From positions 1,270,202-1,334,201 of the forward strand of contig BCKQ01000001.1 of the NCBI GenBank assembly GCA_001600695.1: a DNA stretch of 64,000 nucleotides, read 5' to 3'. A model generated the notes under the pieces. The model made no database searches. It saw only the letters and a program-made list of their open reading frames with translations, and was not told the DNA's origin. A program made the position numbers and the translations under genes. Position 1 is the stretch's first letter. Each line of letters starts with the position of its first letter. The DNA comes from Ascoidea asiatica JCM 7603 (Eukaryota; Fungi; Ascomycota). Shown here one piece after another: positions 46,304-58,600 of the stretch.

Positions 46304-47542
46304 TTAATCACTTTCTTCTTCACTTTCACTTTCACTTTCAGCTTCTTCTAACCATTTTAAGAATGGTTTTGCAGCTTTTCTAACTTTTTTACTTGTTGAT
46401 TTATCAACATATTTTTTACTAACAGTTGTACCAAAATTTTTAATTGAATTTTCACTAATAATTTCATTATCATATAATTTAAATAAAATTTTTGTTAAAC
46501 TTGGAATTAATTCAGGATAATTAATACCAAGAAATCTTTCAAGACCACCTAAAAATGATTTTTCTGCTTTAATTTTACCATCATCACAATCTTTAATCAT
46601 TCTAATTAATAAACCAGAATGTGGTTCAATTTCATTAATAATATCTTTTGTAAATAAAGCTTGAGCTAAAACTGTTAAAGTTTTATCAGTACCAATAATA
46701 TTTAATGAAGAAATTTTTTTATAAATTTCTATATCACTTGGTTTCGGATTTGATTCAATTAACCATTCACCAAAAGTATCATAATCATCAGAAATATTTA
46801 ATTTTTCTAATTCTTGAGCACGTTTTGCAATTGCTTCCGGAGACATATCAACAGCCCAATTATCATCAAGAGTTGAGATTGTTGAAACTTTTGCAGCTTC
46901 AGCAGCTTCTTTATCAAGAGTTTTAGTTACAGCATCATCATCATCATCATCATTATTATTATTATTATTATTATTATTAATACCATTTTCAGAACCATTA
47001 TTTGAAGAAGAAGCAGTAGATTTATGAGAAGTTACAACATCAGATAAATTACCTGCACCAACATAAGCAGAAGCAGTTGCAGATTTTTTACCTTTTGATT
47101 TTTCTGGAGGATTTTTTTGAATATAAGAAGATAATTTATGACGTAAATTAATTGGAGTTTGTTTACCACAAGCTTTACAAATTCTTAAAAGGTTTGAATC
47201 TTTTGCAATAAAAATTTCAGTTTCTGGATTTTTACAAGATTTACATAAAACAAATTTATTAATAAAACCATCTAATAAATCTTGTAATTTTGAAGAATCA
47301 TGAGTACCATTAACTAAATAACGATCAGTACTTTCATTAATTGAAGTTTGAGCACCTAATTCAAAACCAAAATATTTTACAACATATGGAGCAGGTCTAT
47401 TTAAAGCACGAGCAACTTCAGATAAATTAACAATTGCAGTTTTAATACCATTACCTCTACCTTCAATTTTTGATTGAATTGGAGGCATTTTATAACGATA
47501 AAATGGATCAGTATTATCACGACAAATATTTATGAAAGACAT
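46304..47542 (-). CDS. TIF5: Translation initiation factor eIF5
   Basis: DPFYRYKMP, EGRGNGIKT, KYFGFELGAQT, C4 zinc motif (FVLCKSCKNPET...CKACG) and W2 domain ending PFLKWLEEAESE. Confidence 0.98.
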   Translation of the reverse strand: MSFINICRDNTDPFYRYKMPPIQSKIEGRGNGIKTAIVNLSEVARALNRPAPYVVKYFGFELGAQTSINESTDRYLVNGTHDSSKLQDLLDGFINKFVLCKSCKNPETEIFIAKDSNLLRICKACGKQTPINLRHKLSSYIQKNPPEKSKGKKSATASAYVGAGNLSDVVTSHKSTASSSNNGSENGINNNNNNNNNDDDDDDAVTKTLDKEAAEAAKVSTISTLDDNWAVDMSPEAIAKRAQELEKLNISDDYDTFGEWLIESNPKPSDIEIYKKISSLNIIGTDKTLTVLAQALFTKDIINEIEPHSGLLIRMIKDCDDGKIKAEKSFLGGLERFLGINYPELIPSLTKILFKLYDNEIISENSIKNFGTTVSKKYVDKSTSKKVRKAAKPFLKWLEEAESESESEEESD

Positions 47543-47617
47543 TTTGAGATAATTTTAAAATAATTTTGAAATAATTTTGAAATAATTTTGAAATAATTTT
47601 GAAATAATTTTGAAATA
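47541..47617. repeat. 11-bp tandem repeat (ATTTTGAAATA)x7 abutting the TIF5 start codon
   Basis: Five perfect and two single-mismatch units. Confidence 0.9.
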
Positions 47618-47674
47618 AGTTATTAAATGATAAGATAATATAAGAATTATGAATTATGAATTATGAATTATTAG

Positions 47675-48031
47675 CTGGAGTTTGAAGAAAGGTTAGCTTT
47701 TATTAAAGACAAATTTATTGTTGATTGAAAGAAAAAAATTTAAAAAAAGATCTATCATAGAATTTAGATAATATGGATAAAAAGTTATGCACCATCTGAA
47801 TATTTAAGGGACTAACTATATGTTAAATTTTTTTTGAAATGTTTTTATATAATTTAAGTATCCACAGGAAAATTATTGTTAATATAAATAAATTACTTGA
47901 TTGATATTATTAAATTAAAGTAAATAAAAGTCTTTTAATGATGATTTTATTGATATATTTGAAATCAGAAATAAGAAATATAAGATAAAATAAAACAGTA
48001 GAATGAAAATGAATGAATTTCAATTACTCAC
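47675..48031 (-). other. Probable 5'-UTR intron of TIF5
   Basis: GTGAGT donor at 48031 (alternative GTATGA at 48046), GCTAAC branch at 47697-47692 and CAG acceptor at 47675. Branch-to-AG spacing (17 nt) is similar to most other introns predicted here (17-25 nt). Confidence 0.5.
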
Positions 48032-48067
48032 CTCACTCGCTCATACTTCAAATACAATTCACAACAG

Positions 48068-48134
48068 TGAAAATTTTTGATTTATTCACACAACTGAAGA
48101 GAGAAGAAGCGAAGAAGGAGACGAGAACCACGTG
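48068..48134. promoter_or_regulatory. TIF5 promoter: RRPE (TGAAAATTTTT, 48068-48078) and CACGTG (48129)
   Basis: Exact RRPE-type match at the edge of a GC-rich island, about 530 bp from the ATG. Confidence 0.55.
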
Positions 48135-48464
48135 CCGGCAGAGAAAACTGGTAAGACGTGGGAAGAAGCGTGACCGAGGGTAGACCCCCTGTGGAAACCC
48201 CTTTTGTTGCTTGTTAACCCCTGCTAGAGTCAAAATATAAAGCAGTCAGATGATTAAGGGGTCTGTGTCGGGGTCTGATTATATTCTGATTATATTCGAG
48301 TTACAAGAGGAAAATAAATGCAGAGAGCAAAGAAGTGAGGAAAGTATTCGAGTGTTCAGAATGTTTATTATTTACCAGATGATTGTATATATGCTTTGTG
48401 TTCTATAGAAGTATACATGATTATATATCACATTATCGCATTCTATTTCATTTCTAATACAAAT

Positions 48465-50099
48465 CTAATCCAAATCTTTCTCAGTTTTATCTTCAATTTT
48501 ATTTTCACTTTTTTTAATATCAATGCTAAATGAGTATATGCAATTTCTGGCTCCAATACCAGGTTTAATCCATCTACCTAATCTATGTTCTTTACTAAGA
48601 CTTGCAAATATTTTTATTTTTCCACTTTTAAATTTCTCATCTTCAAGTATTTTATAATTTTCATATTCTGTAATTTCAAGTGTATCTATTTTTGTTACAA
48701 TTCCAAAAGCTTCATTTATACAATATTTTTTCTTAAATTCACGTAAATTTTTATCTAATTGCCAAATAATTAATTGTCCATTCCATGATCCTGATATAAA
48801 TAAATCACTAAATGGAATACTTTTAATTGATGTTATCCAATATGGATTTCTTGGTGGGATTTCTCTTTCCCTTTTTAATGGATTTGATTCTCCACTAACT
48901 TTAATAGATTCTAATTTTGGTATTACTCCATGTGCACATCTTTTTGTAAATATTGGTTTTTTCTTTGATAATGACCAAAGTGATATTGATCCATTATCTG
49001 ATCCTGTTATAAAATGTGTTGAATCAATAAAACTCACACAATCTATAGATCCTTCATTAAAAAATGGTTCTTCATCTTCATCTTTTTCTTTAAGTTCTCC
49101 ATTTCCATTTTCTTTTAAATGTCTAATTTTTGCTCTTCTTTCTTTTTGATTATCTGTATCTTTAATTTCTTTCTCTTTTTCTTTTTCTTCTCCATTTTGT
49201 CCATTTTGTCCATTTTGTTTCAATTTTTTATTATTATTAATTTTTTTCTTCTTATAATCTCCACCTCTAAAAACCATTCTTGTTTCTTCAGGAATTTTCC
49301 AAAAAATTGCTGTTTTATCTCTTGATCCAACTGTCACACATTTTTCTTCATTTAATGCATCAATATCAACAACTAAATCTTGATGTCCATATAATGTTTC
49401 TAATTGTGCATAATCATTAATTGAAAATGTTCGAATTTTTAAATCTGATGATGAAACATATAATTGATTAAATTTAGAATCTTTACGAAATGTTAATGAT
49501 AAAATTTCATTCCTTTCAACTCTTTTATCTTTTAATTTATATAATTCTTTTATTGCTGTCAATGATTCACATGACCAAATTATTAATTTTCCATCTCTTC
49601 CTCCAGTTACAAGATAATTACCATCTGGTGAAACTGACATTGTTAATATTTCTCCATTATGATCAATTATTTTCTTAAAATTTTCTTCTTCTTCTTTTTT
49701 ATTTCTAGATTTATTTTTATTTTTATTTTTAATTCTATTATTATTATTATTATTATTACTTATAATTCCATTATAATTATGTGTTTTTATAAATTCAGAT
49801 CTATGATATTTTATTAATTTCGCTTTACAATTTATATCTTTAATATTATATTTTCCTATAGTTCCATCTTTTGATGCCACGTATGCATATGGATAACTTA
49901 CTGCAATACTCTGAAGTCCATTAAATGAAACTCTTGTTAATTGTTTCTTAATCTTTGAATATTTTAAATTTAATTGATCTCCATAAAATTTATAAACTTT
50001 TCCAGAATGACTTGCAACATCATATTGTAATCTTTTTGCAATAATATCATTATCAAGCTCCTGAGCATCAAAAAAGAATTCGTCTTGTTCAAGATCCAT
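48465..50099 (-). CDS. RRP9: U3 snoRNP WD40 protein Rrp9
   Basis: IIAKRLQYDV, SPDGNYLVTGGRD, LETLYGHQD, CVTVGSRDKTAIFWKIPEETRMVFRGG, EGSIDCV, PYWITS, LSKEHRLGRW and ARN. Confidence 0.95.
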   Translation of the reverse strand: MDLEQDEFFFDAQELDNDIIAKRLQYDVASHSGKVYKFYGDQLNLKYSKIKKQLTRVSFNGLQSIAVSYPYAYVASKDGTIGKYNIKDINCKAKLIKYHRSEFIKTHNYNGIISNNNNNNNRIKNKNKNKSRNKKEEEENFKKIIDHNGEILTMSVSPDGNYLVTGGRDGKLIIWSCESLTAIKELYKLKDKRVERNEILSLTFRKDSKFNQLYVSSSDLKIRTFSINDYAQLETLYGHQDLVVDIDALNEEKCVTVGSRDKTAIFWKIPEETRMVFRGGDYKKKKINNNKKLKQNGQNGQNGEEKEKEKEIKDTDNQKERRAKIRHLKENGNGELKEKDEDEEPFFNEGSIDCVSFIDSTHFITGSDNGSISLWSLSKKKPIFTKRCAHGVIPKLESIKVSGESNPLKREREIPPRNPYWITSIKSIPFSDLFISGSWNGQLIIWQLDKNLREFKKKYCINEAFGIVTKIDTLEITEYENYKILEDEKFKSGKIKIFASLSKEHRLGRWIKPGIGARNCIYSFSIDIKKSENKIEDKTEKDLD

Positions 50100-50257
50100 T
50101 TAATTCAGATATTTTATTGATGATATTATTAACAAATTAAAAAATAATTATTTCTTTTTATTGTTTTTTTTATCTAAATATCAATTCTTGTTTTCATATT
50201 TTGATATTTTCATGTTTTTTGAATATGTTTTTAACTTATTTAAATTTGGAAAAAAAA

Positions 50258-50267
50258 AAAAATTTCA
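50258..50267. promoter_or_regulatory. RRPE-like element upstream of RRP9
   Basis: AAAAATTTCA about 160 bp upstream of a ribosome-biogenesis gene. Confidence 0.45.
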
Positions 50268-50585
50268 GTTTAAAAATCCGGGTTGAAAAAAAAATAAATC
50301 CATGCCGGTTTGTAACTTAATCCGCCAACGGTTAAAATATTTTTAAAATTTATTTCACACCCACAAATTTGGTCTCATTTTTATTTTTTGTTCTGCGTTT
50401 CAATTTACAATTTTAATTTTAATTTTAATTTTAATTTTAATTTCTTTTGATTTATCTACATTAATTATTAATTATTAATTATTATTAATTATTGACTATT
50501 TTCTTAAAAAAAATGTGTATTATTCAATTGTCCAAGAGCTATATTTTAGTATTTTCTTTATTTATATAAAGTATTATTTTTAGTT

Positions 50586-53500
50586 CTACATAATCTCTTC
50601 AAAAAATTTTAAATCCCTGATTAAATAGTTTTCTTCAATTTCCACTGATTTCCATAAAGCATTTTGTAAATATGTAAAATCATTAATTTTTTTATAAATT
50701 TCAGATAAACAAAACCATAATTTATTATTATTATAATAATAATAATCATTAATAAAATTTTCTAATAAACATTTTACTCTTGTTAATGCAATAAGTTTGT
50801 CTTCTTCACTTAAAAATAATTTATTATAACTCAGAATTTCTGTTTTTAAATTTGAAAAATTTTTTGAAATTGATTTAGAATTATTATATTCTATACTTGT
50901 TGAAATTGTATCTTTATCATCTTCAAAATCGGAATCATCATTATCCGAATCATAAATACCATCAATATCATTATTTTTACCATAATGACTTTCTTGACTT
51001 GAAACACAAGCTAATCCTCCACTTTCAAAATCAAATCCATCATCTTGATTTCTAGAAAAATTGAAACCTTCTGTATTATTTAATTTTAGAGATATAAGAT
51101 CATCATTATCTCCTAAAATAACTTGTGCTAATCCTATAACTGCATCAAAATATTTCTCATCATTTTCTAAAATATTTTCAAATTCTTTCATTATTATTTT
51201 TTTTCTATTTTGAATATTATTCAAAATTTCCTTTTTTGATGATAAACTTTCCAGACAATTTACACTCAATATTGAAGCAAGTTCATTATCATTTAAATTT
51301 AATAATAAATATCCAAAACATGATCTTGTTGAAGAATTGGATTGAAAAAAATTCTCTGCTTCAGTTATTGAATTTTCACTTTCATGAAAATGACCCATTT
51401 TTAAATAAAATACTGAAACAATTAAAAATATTTGTTGTAATAAAACTTTTTCAAATACAGAATTATAATTACTTATTGTTATTGGATCTGAAGAATCTGA
51501 AATATTTTTTTTATATACACTTAAACCATTACTTGATAATTGAGGTAAAGGTTCAAGATTTGAAGATTCACTTGATTTTGTTGAAGAAAAATGTCTAGAT
51601 CTAGCTCTTCTTAATGATCCAATTGCATTTTTAGGTTTCAATGTAACTTTAGTTATAGATTTAGTAAGTGAATTCATTTCTAAATCATCTGCACTAGATT
51701 TTCTTTTAGAACTTAATCTATGACTTGATGTTCCCTTCATCATCATTGATAATGAAAGAAATTTTCTTCTTTCTGAAGAATTTGGAGATATTGAACTTCC
51801 ATTTTGTTCATCATTTTTTATTGATTTATTATTATTTATTGGAGAAATTGAATGTCCATTGATATCAATAGAATTTTTTAATAATGATTTTTGTTTTTTA
51901 GTAAAATCTGGCATTAATTCATTCTTTCCATCATTAAAAAAATTATTATAAAGATGAAATAATTCTGGTGTTCTTTCGAATGATTTTTGTAATCCTTGAA
52001 ATCTTTCGCCTGCGAAAATCTCTGTAATATAAATTTGTAAAATATCATATTTTACTTCATTAGATATTAAAATATCATCAATAATATCCATATTATTTTT
52101 TGTAAATAAATCAAGTAATTTTGATTTTGAATCTAAATAATATTCTATTAAATCTTTTGTCTTTTGTAAAATTTGTAAAGTTTGAGTTGAATTACTATCA
52201 AATTCACCATAATTACTTGTTAAAATTAAATATGAAGTTTCATCATCAGAAGTTTTTAATGAAGATCTAGATTCAATTGAAGCAATTAAAATTATTAATA
52301 AATTCCAACCTTTAAAAAGCCATTTATTTTTTAATAATATTTGTTTTAATAAATTTATAGAATTATTATATTGAAAAAGTTTTGCAGATATTAAACAATA
52401 ATCAAAATACATTGGTATTGAATTAAAATTATTTAAAATTAAAGCATTTGTAAAATCAGTTTTTAAAATTTTATTTAATCTTTTATATATAACACATGAA
52501 GATTTAAAAGATGAATTAATATTAGTTGAATTACCATTAAATGATGTTAAATTATCTTTATAAATTATTGAATTATTTTCAGTTATTAAATTTGGCATAT
52601 ATTTAATTTTAAAAATTTCAGATTTCGCTATTGCATAATAACCATTAGATAATGTATTATTAATATTTTGAGGAGTTACTATTTTTTCATTTGATTTTCC
52701 ATTTAAAATTAATGAAAGTATATCATTATCATTTTCATCAATAGGATTAATTATTGTAATATTTATAGAATTTTGAACTTCTAATAAATTTTCTCTGAGA
52801 AATACTTGACATTTATCAATTAATTCAAATAAATCATTAGTTAATAATGAATGAAATTTATTTGAATCTTCATTATTAATTTCTGAATTAGAATTAAAAT
52901 TATTATAAATATGAGATAATGAAGTTGGAGAAATATTTTCAGATAAATATATTAAAAAAGTAGAATAAATTTCAATATATGATAAAAGATCTAAATCTTT
53001 TTTATTATTACCAATTGGATCATTAATATCATTAATATCACCAATTTGATTTTCTTGATCATCTAATTCTTCTAAAACATCAGAAGAATCATTATTATTA
53101 ATATTGGTGTTATTTGAATTAAGTTGAGATTTTCTATCAACTAAAAGATTTTTTTGAATATAAAAATCATATGTTTTAAAAATAGAAATTAACTCAATTA
53201 TATTATTATAGTTATTGTTATTTTTATTATTATCATTTTGATTTGAAAATGTATAAATTTTCAAAAAAATTAAATTATTCAATAATTTTGAAGATTGAAA
53301 AGTTTTTGATAAATAATTATTAATTAAATTGATTAAAGTTGAACTATTAAATAAAGGAATATAATTTAAATTTTTTATAAGTAAATTATTATTTAATTCA
53401 TCTTTACTTAAAATTATATTAAAAACATCAAAATTTTCTAAAATATTAAAATCTTTTAAATAATATTGATTAAATTTTTTAAAATAATCAAATTTATAAA

Positions 53501-54665
53501 TATTTGTTAACAAATTTAATAAATTTTCAATTTTATAATTAAATTGATTGGAAATTTTTGCAATTGGAAAATTATTATTTTCATTTGAAAAATTTGAAAG
53601 GTGATTATTTAAAAAATTATTAAAATTTAAATTAAAATTTTTTTCAATATATGATTTTGAATAAAAATTTTGATATAAATAAGAAGATAAATGAATTAAA
53701 ATTAAATTATTTTTATTAATTTTTGATTTAAAATAATTAAATGATAAAGATTTATTTAATTTTAAAATTATTTTAAAATATAAATTATAAGAAATTAATA
53801 ACCAATTATTTGCTTCAAAATTTGAATGAATTGGTAAAGATAATAAATCATTATTATAAAAATCTTCAAAGATATTTAAAATCTTAACCAATTCTTGATT
53901 ATTTTCATTTTCATTTTCATTTTCATTATTTTCAGTTTCAGTTTCATTATTGATATTATTTTTAATTTTAGATTGATATAAATGATATAAAGAAGAAGTT
54001 AAAATTGAAACTTTTTTTAAAATTAAATATTGATAATAATTATAATAAATATTTGAATTATTATTAATATTTGTATTTGAAGTTTGAATATTATTTAATA
54101 ATTTATTTAAATTTAAAAAGTTTTTTAAATTTTTTAAATTATTTGAATTGATTAAATTTATTGAATCATTAAAATCTGAATTTAAATAATATAAATAAGA
54201 TAAAGATAAATTTATTGAAATTAATTCAATTTTTTTAATTGGTAAATTATCATCATCAATAAATTTTGAATTTCTTGAAATATTATTAAAATTTATTAAA
54301 TTTTTAATTTTTTTAATTAAATTATTAATTGATTTATTATTTGAATTTAATGGATTTAATAATAAATGAATTAAATTTTCTTGAATAATTTGATTTTCTT
54401 GGTTATTTTGTTTTAATAAAATTGAATTTATATCATAATCTATTAAGAATATTTGATGTAAATAAGATATAGAATAATTTAAATTTTGAGAAGGTAAATT
54501 TATTGGCCAACCGCCATAATATCTCATAAGTATTAAATCATCATCATTTATATTATTTATATTATTATTGATATTTGAATTATTTGTAATGATTGAATTT
54601 TTTTTTTCATTATTTATATTATCAGAATTTTGATTATTTTGATTTTTATATTGATAATTTGACAT
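50586..54665 (-). CDS. YPP1: Ypp1 (TTC7-like scaffold of the Stt4 PI4-kinase complex)
   Basis: RYYGGW near the N-terminus and TPR-like segments: WNLLILIIASIE, LQQIFLIVSVFYLK...SITEAE, DAVIGLAQVIL, ALTRVKCLLE, LWFCLSEIY and ALWKSVEIEE..IRD. Confidence 0.8.
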   Translation of the reverse strand: MSNYQYKNQNNQNSDNINNEKKNSIITNNSNINNNINNINDDDLILMRYYGGWPINLPSQNLNYSISYLHQIFLIDYDINSILLKQNNQENQIIQENLIHLLLNPLNSNNKSINNLIKKIKNLINFNNISRNSKFIDDDNLPIKKIELISINLSLSYLYYLNSDFNDSINLINSNNLKNLKNFLNLNKLLNNIQTSNTNINNNSNIYYNYYQYLILKKVSILTSSLYHLYQSKIKNNINNETETENNENENENENNQELVKILNIFEDFYNNDLLSLPIHSNFEANNWLLISYNLYFKIILKLNKSLSFNYFKSKINKNNLILIHLSSYLYQNFYSKSYIEKNFNLNFNNFLNNHLSNFSNENNNFPIAKISNQFNYKIENLLNLLTNIYKFDYFKKFNQYYLKDFNILENFDVFNIILSKDELNNNLLIKNLNYIPLFNSSTLINLINNYLSKTFQSSKLLNNLIFLKIYTFSNQNDNNKNNNNYNNIIELISIFKTYDFYIQKNLLVDRKSQLNSNNTNINNNDSSDVLEELDDQENQIGDINDINDPIGNNKKDLDLLSYIEIYSTFLIYLSENISPTSLSHIYNNFNSNSEINNEDSNKFHSLLTNDLFELIDKCQVFLRENLLEVQNSINITIINPIDENDNDILSLILNGKSNEKIVTPQNINNTLSNGYYAIAKSEIFKIKYMPNLITENNSIIYKDNLTSFNGNSTNINSSFKSSCVIYKRLNKILKTDFTNALILNNFNSIPMYFDYCLISAKLFQYNNSINLLKQILLKNKWLFKGWNLLIILIASIESRSSLKTSDDETSYLILTSNYGEFDSNSTQTLQILQKTKDLIEYYLDSKSKLLDLFTKNNMDIIDDILISNEVKYDILQIYITEIFAGERFQGLQKSFERTPELFHLYNNFFNDGKNELMPDFTKKQKSLLKNSIDINGHSISPINNNKSIKNDEQNGSSISPNSSERRKFLSLSMMMKGTSSHRLSSKRKSSADDLEMNSLTKSITKVTLKPKNAIGSLRRARSRHFSSTKSSESSNLEPLPQLSSNGLSVYKKNISDSSDPITISNYNSVFEKVLLQQIFLIVSVFYLKMGHFHESENSITEAENFFQSNSSTRSCFGYLLLNLNDNELASILSVNCLESLSSKKEILNNIQNRKKIIMKEFENILENDEKYFDAVIGLAQVILGDNDDLISLKLNNTEGFNFSRNQDDGFDFESGGLACVSSQESHYGKNNDIDGIYDSDNDDSDFEDDKDTISTSIEYNNSKSISKNFSNLKTEILSYNKLFLSEEDKLIALTRVKCLLENFINDYYYYNNNKLWFCLSEIYKKINDFTYLQNALWKSVEIEENYLIRDLKFFEEIM

Positions 54666-55670
54666 ATTGAAATACTAATTTAGAGTGATGTTTTATGTTT
54701 ATATTGACTGAATTATTGTAACTTTTGATATGGTAATTAATTAAGGCTCTATTTGAAAAAAGATGGAAATCTTAATAAAATAAAAAGAAATGAATCTGAT
54801 ATATATATATTTGAAATTAAAAAATTTTCAGTAATAAATCTTTGAGATTTAAAAGAAGTTCAAAGAAAGTGATAATTTATGAGTAATCGAATACCTTTTA
54901 TAAAAGTAAATAAGCTGAAAATTTTTAAAAAGTAGATAAACTAAAGGAATAAAAACGAAAGAAGAAGAATATTAGTATATTATTATTTGATTATTTGATT
55001 ATTTGATAATTTGAATGAATAATCGATTGAAATCAAAATTAGATGATATGAAATGAATTAAAATTTGCTTAGATGTATTGAATTGAAATGAATTGAATAA
55101 AAGATAGTGAAAAAACAATGAAAAACAATGAAAAACAATGAAAATCAGTAAATAAAAGGTTAAAACAATAAAATAATGCTCGTTCAGACTGCAATCTGAG
55201 TTTTAAAACTGAGTTTTTCTACGCAGTTGGCGTTTGTTTGGACCAGGTTTAAAAAGGAGGATGTAAACAAACTGCGAGCACACCACACCTGGCCAGAGCT
55301 AACAGTGAGGAAGGGGTCACGGGACCAGGATGAAAAATGTGGGTCGGGGTGCTAAGAGGTGTGTAGAGGTACACCCACAGAAGTGGGTTTAAAAAGAAGT
55401 ACCGCAAGTTCGGTCTCAAAAGGAATGCCACAAATATGGTCTTGCCTCTAGAAAACCCATGATTATGGTCTCGTTTAAATTTTTGGAAATGGAGTCCATG
55501 TTTATGGTACTACTCTGCTACCGCCTAATAATAACATTAATAACTTACAAATAGTATAACAATAAAAAATATATAACAAACATTACAAGAATTACAAATA
55601 AAATAATAAAATAATAGAAAAATAATACAATAATACAACACAAAAAAAAAAACAGAGTCTCAATATTATT

Positions 55671-58600
55671 TTAAAAATAACTAACATAAAGACATCTACC
55701 ATCTAAAAATTGTCCATTTAATCCTTTAACTGCACCTTGAGCTTGTTCATTAGAATTATATTCAATAAAAACTTGAGTTACAATACTTTCATCATACTTT
55801 GATTTGATGAAATTAATTTTATGAATTTGTCCATAATTCTTAAAAATTTCTTTAAAATATCTTTTAATTGAAGCTACTTCAATTTCATTTTTTGGTAAAA
55901 CTAAAAGATTATCAATTAAAATTCTTCTACTTTCCTCATGATAAAAATCAATATCAATAAAATATTCTTTTAGTTTTAATCTATAATTATTTTTTTTTGT
56001 ACATTTGACTTTTTCATTATTTTTTGAAAAATATAATTTTGATAAATATGTTTTAAATAATATTGAATCTTGTAAATTCCCAAAATGTAAAACTGGTAAA
56101 ATTGAATCTTCAAATTTAAATTTAGTTACTTTAACAACATCTAAATTAAATATTTTTTTAATTGATTCTTTAATATCTGATAATTTGGTATGTGATCGAA
56201 ATTGACAATTTTTTATTATTAATTTATTTGATGGTGATTCTGCTGATTTACAATTACAATTAAAAATTCTTGGATCATTTAATAATAATGTTAATTTGAC
56301 TTCTTGACTTAAAAGTGTCAAATCTTTAATTGCATTTAATATTTCTTCACTATCAACTCCTTTATCACAAACAATCATTCCACTTCCAGTAAGTTTAGAT
56401 AAATGATCTTTTAGAAAAATTATTTTAAATTTACATCTTGCAGTTCCTCCTTTTAAACTTGTTTTAGTATTCTTAGCTACTAAATCTTCATATTCTTCAA
56501 TCTCTTCAATATCTTCACTTCCACAACTTTCATTATCATTATCAACCTGACAAAGACCGGCTGATTCAAGTTCTTTTTGAGAATCATAAACTAAATTACT
56601 TTCACAATGTTTCAAAATAAAAGTTTTAAATAATATTATAAGAAAAAGTTCATCTAATTTTAAAATTTTATTTCTCCCAGGCTCATCATAATCTTTTTTG
56701 GAAATTAAATAATGAACCTCTCCTTTATGAAATTCATTTAAAATAAATAACTTATTTAAATTATAATCCACTTCCATTTCTCTACTTTCTTTAGTAACTA
56801 TACAATCAACTAATTCATTTATTTCATCAAAATTTTCAATATGAAAATTAATAACTGATTTTTCATTTTTTTCCAATGAAAAAAAATATTGTCTAACTGA
56901 ATAAATCGATTCTTGATTTAAATCGTTAGTTTCAAAAAAATTTGGAGTTTCTTTGATAAAATTTGATATATTTTTTAAAACTTTATCAAAATATGGTAAA
57001 TTAATTTCACCTTCTGTTAAAAATTCATTTCTAGATTTTCTAATTCTATCAATATTTGGACTACCAATTGTATCAATAATATCACCTGTTGAATTGTTAT
57101 TTTCATCTTTTCCAGCTCTTATTAAAATTTTCTCTTTTATTGGATCACAATTAGTATATGGCAGATCATTTTCTGAAGAATTAAAAAATAATTCCCAATT
57201 TTCAAAATAAAAATCAAAATTTTCATAATATATTATATCCTTTAATGCTTGATTATAAAATTTTATAGATAATGAACAATCTGGATGTGCATCATTCATC
57301 ATTTTTCTATAAATTTGGTTCCAATGTATATAATTATATAATTTTTTTTTTCCTTCATATGATGCAACTAAATCTGGTGCTTTACTTTTTTTATGTGTAT
57401 CAATTGTAGCTCTATATAATACTTGTAATTTTAAATAAAATCTAGCTTGCCATTTTAATCTTGAGATTCTTTCTTTTTCAACAATAATATCTTTTCCTCC
57501 TTCTTTTTCTCTAATTTTGGTATTTATTCCTCTATTTCTACTTCTAGGTTTATTAGATTTTGTTTTAGTTATACTTTTATTACTATCAGATGTATAATTA
57601 GTATTATCACTAGATATTATTGAATCATTATCTTGTGATGATAAAGAAGTTTGTTTAGGATTTGATAAAACAAATCGAAAATGATTACTTTTTTCCCCGT
57701 AATATCCTTTTGGAAATAATGGAACTGAACCTTTTATAAAATTAGAGCTTGGACTTTCAGATTTGATTGAACTAATATTACCAGTGGATAAATTAAGATT
57801 CGGTACCATTATTGGAGCTGGAATAATATTAGGTGATGTAAAGTTTGAATTTCGTCTTCTTCTTTTATTAACTTTCTCAGAAGTAGGTAAATAAAATGAT
57901 CCATATAAAGCAAATTTTGGAACAGGTTTATTTACAGAAGAATTTATAGTATCACTTAGATTTTCAGATTCTTTAGGTCTATTGAAATTTGATATAAATG
58001 GATCTTTTCTTGAATTTCTTAGTTTAATTTTTGGACTTCCATTTTTAGTAGATAACCTAGGTAATGCAACAGGACTTTCATCTACAGAAAATCCTACAGA
58101 TGCTTTCGAATTATTATTAAAAGATTTATCATTAGTATTAATATTCGTTTTGATATTAGGCTGGTTAACAGATGTAATTCGAGCTAAAGGAGTATGAGGA
58201 GATAATTTTTGAATAATTTTATCGGTAGAATTTACTTGCTTGTTTTTCTTATCAAATTCTTTATATTTCTCTAAAATGTTTCTAGAATATTTCTCTAAAG
58301 ATTTTTTATTGTATTTTTCTAAAGAATTTTTATTATGTTCCAATATATTTTTTTCATACATTTTTATGGTCATATATTGAGTCGGAGGTTCAACTTCAGA
58401 ATCCATAATAATATCATCGCCATCATCGGAAGGATTTCTATTATCTTTTTTATGAACTATATTTGGCTCCATTGTACTTGAAAGCTCACTTGGACTTTTA
58501 CTAGAAATATCATTTGAAGTTGTATTTGAAACTTTAGTTGAAATCCTTTCTGGAATATTTTCAGTAGACAGAATTTTATCAGAAGAAGTTTCTTGATTAT

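Noticed and set aside
2827-54665. Functional secretory gene cluster (SEC3, SEC7, SSO, YPP1, lipase, protease)
   Set aside because: These genes are interspersed with unrelated housekeeping genes and share no exclusive motif, so co-location is compatible with chance and old synteny.
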